40,995 nt of DNA, taken from NCBI GenBank assembly GCA_910586375.1, contig CAJUIE010000002.1, positions 1 to 40,995 on the forward strand. Direction: 5' to 3'. Within the stretch, counting starts at the first letter, position 1. Each line of letters begins with the position of its first letter. Source of the DNA: an uncultured Alistipes sp. GTDB taxonomy: Bacteria; Bacteroidota; Bacteroidia; Bacteroidales; Rikenellaceae. The position numbers were made by a program, and so were the translations under genes. The notes beneath the pieces are model-generated. The model worked only from the letters and a program-made list of their open reading frames with translations, did no database searches and had not been told where the DNA came from. Positions 39,180-40,995 of the stretch are shown here, piece by piece.

Positions 39180-39260
39180 GCTATTCGGGCCAGCCTGCGT
39201 TCCATTCGTCGGCGCCCCAGTTGCGGGCCTCCGCGGGGCAGAGGCTGCGGCCCGAATAGC
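39180..39260. repeat. Long GC-rich inverted repeat upstream of the GNAT gene
   Basis: Perfect 12-bp arms GCTATTCGGGCC / GGCCCGAATAGC with further internal pairing. Confidence 0.6.
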
Positions 39261-39281
39261 GAAAACACCCCGCAAGATGAA

Positions 39282-39309
39282 CAAAGATAAACATTTTTTC
39301 CTATTTTTG
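39282..39309. promoter_or_regulatory. Back-to-back divergent -7 boxes
   Basis: CAAAGATA at 39282-39289 (minus TATCTTTG) and TATTTTTG at 39302-39309 (plus). Confidence 0.55.
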
Positions 39310-39337
39310 TTTCATCCTCCCCGAAATACGCACAATC

Positions 39338-40995
39338 ATGAACCACAGCCTCGAACAGTACCTTCCCGACACAAACAAGACCCGCTACCGCTTCATGAAA
39401 TACCGCATACACCGCATCCTGCTGGTGTGTTGCAGCTACGACGGCTTCATTCTCGAAGAGGACGGACGCATCGAGTCGCAGATCAATCGTGAATACCTCG
39501 ATCTGAACCTCTCCAACCCACCGTCGTTCACACGTGTAAGCTCAACGAGCGAGGCCCTCGAACTGCTCGCGAACGACCCATCGTTCGACTTCATCCTGAC
39601 GATGTACAATGTAGGCGAAGTCGATGTCTTCACGTTCGCCAAAATCGTCAGGGAGCGCCATCCCGGGATTCCGGTAGCTCTGCTCACCTCCTTCTCGAAG
39701 GATATTTACCGCCGCATCGAGGAGCAGGACCGCTCGGGACTCGACTACATCTTCTGCTGGCACGGCAATACCGACCTCATCATCGCCATTATCAAACTCG
39801 TGGAGGATAGGATGAACGCCGAGGAGGATATTGTCCAGGGCGGCGTACAGGCCATTCTGCTGGTCGAGGACTCGATCCGTTTCTACTCCACCTACCTGCC
39901 CGAACTCTACCGCATCATCCTGATGCAGAATACCGAGTTTCTCAAGGACGCCTTCAACGAGCAGCAGCAGGTGCTGCGCAAACGCGCGCGGCCCAAAATC
40001 CTGCTGGCCCGCAGCTACGAGGAGGCCTCAGAGCTTTACGAACGCTACAAAAAAAATCTACTTGGCGTGATCTCCGACGTGGGATTCGTCATCCATCGCG
40101 ACGATCCGCCCGCCTCGGAACAGCTCGATGCAGGCATCGAACTCTGCCGACACATCCGCGAGGACAACCCCCTGATGCCCGTACTGTTGCAGTCATCGCA
40201 GACCGCCTTCGCCGAGCAGGCCCGCGAACTGGACGCCGGATTCATCGCCAAGAACTCCAAAACGCTCCTCTCCGAGCTCCGCGAATACATCACCACAGAG
40301 CTGGCCTTCGGCGACTTCATCTTCCGCGACCCTGCAACCGGCATTGTCATCGGCCGCGCCCGAGACCTGACACAAATGCAGCAGATGATCGCCACGGTCC
40401 CCGACCAGGCATTCGAATACCACACCTCGCAGAACCACCTCTCAAAATGGCTCTACTCCCGGGGCCTCTTTCCGCTGGCCGCATCGATCCGTCAATACAA
40501 CAAGAGCCATTTTACCTCAGTCGAGGAGCACCGCCGCGTGCTGGTCAGCCTCATCAACGACTACCGCCAGCTGCTGGGTCAGGGCGTCGTGGCACACTTC
40601 GATGCCCAAACCTACTCCGATGCCGTGGCCTTCGCCCGCATCGGCGAAGGCTCCTTAGGCGGCAAGGCACGCGGCCTGGCCTTTATGAACTCGATGCTTA
40701 ACAAATACCGCCAGTACGACAAGCACGAAAACGTGCGCATCCTCATCCCCCGCTCGGTGGTGATCGCTACGGAGTATTTCGACGAATTCATCCGCCTCAA
40801 TGGTCTGGAGTACGTCATCGCCCAGGACTTCACCGACGAGGAAATCCTCTCGGAGTTCGTCTCCTCGACGGTCCCGGCACGCCTTCAGGAGGAGCTCAAA
40901 ACCTACATCCGTACGGTGCGCAAGCCTCTGGCCGTTCGCTCATCGTCAAAGCTCGAAGATTCGCACTACCAGCCCTTCGCTGGCATCTACTCCAC
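39338..40995 (+). CDS. PEP/pyruvate-binding domain protein (PEP synthase/PPDK-like with N-terminal receiver-like domains), 3'-truncated
   Basis: Manual translation MNHSLEQYLPD...RILLVCCSYDGFILEEDGRIE..., ILLVEDSIRFYS.YLP, RARPKILLA, IGEGSLGGKARGLAF, PLAVRSSSKLEDSHYQPFAGIYS; open to the window end and absent from the ORF track. Confidence 0.88.
   Translation, partial: MNHSLEQYLPDTNKTRYRFMKYRIHRILLVCCSYDGFILEEDGRIESQINREYLDLNLSNPPSFTRVSSTSEALELLANDPSFDFILTMYNVGEVDVFTFAKIVRERHPGIPVALLTSFSKDIYRRIEEQDRSGLDYIFCWHGNTDLIIAIIKLVEDRMNAEEDIVQGGVQAILLVEDSIRFYSTYLPELYRIILMQNTEFLKDAFNEQQQVLRKRARPKILLARSYEEASELYERYKKNLLGVISDVGFVIHRDDPPASEQLDAGIELCRHIREDNPLMPVLLQSSQTAFAEQARELDAGFIAKNSKTLLSELREYITTELAFGDFIFRDPATGIVIGRARDLTQMQQMIATVPDQAFEYHTSQNHLSKWLYSRGLFPLAASIRQYNKSHFTSVEEHRRVLVSLINDYRQLLGQGVVAHFDAQTYSDAVAFARIGEGSLGGKARGLAFMNSMLNKYRQYDKHENVRILIPRSVVIATEYFDEFIRLNGLEYVIAQDFTDEEILSEFVSSTVPARLQEELKTYIRTVRKPLAVRSSSKLEDSHYQPFAGIYS

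Noticed and set aside
36684..39290. 868-aa plus-strand ORF
   Set aside because: Antisense shadow of gcvT and the GNAT gene in GC-rich DNA; no recognisable motifs

Overview
Chromosomal window from a GC-rich Bacteroidota genome. Gene content, TAnnTTTG promoters and repeat style suggest Alistipes/Rikenellaceae (inference). It is mostly housekeeping genes: the 3' end of rpmE, cmk, ispH, S41 protease, histidine kinase, DUF4271-hemD-rnpA-yidD, ogt, DAHP synthase/chorismate mutase, tRNA-Thr, FKBPs, nhaA, agmatinase, pdxB, pyrD-like, cinA, rpmB-rpmG-DUF4295, ftsY, rimO, zapA-6S RNA-rny, gcvT and a truncated PEP-synthase-like gene. The most striking signal is intergenic. Three dispersed, start-codon-less copies (255-464 minus, 24472-24678 plus, 26891-27070 plus) of a ~200-nt cassette read as the C-terminal variable region of a Fib_succ_major/C-type-lectin-like DGR target (...SG.R...G.AWSSS....F.SS.VNPE....RA.GFPVRCVQE*). 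The copies differ mostly at the first two positions of NNC/NNT codons, the signature of DGR adenine mutagenesis, and share a 3' end TAAGAGAG(G)n. No target gene, template repeat or reverse transcriptase is present in the window. A second dispersed family is an exact 72-bp unit that duplicates the Bacteroidota -7 promoter box and supplies a new -33 box. All family assignments come from motif recognition, not database searches.
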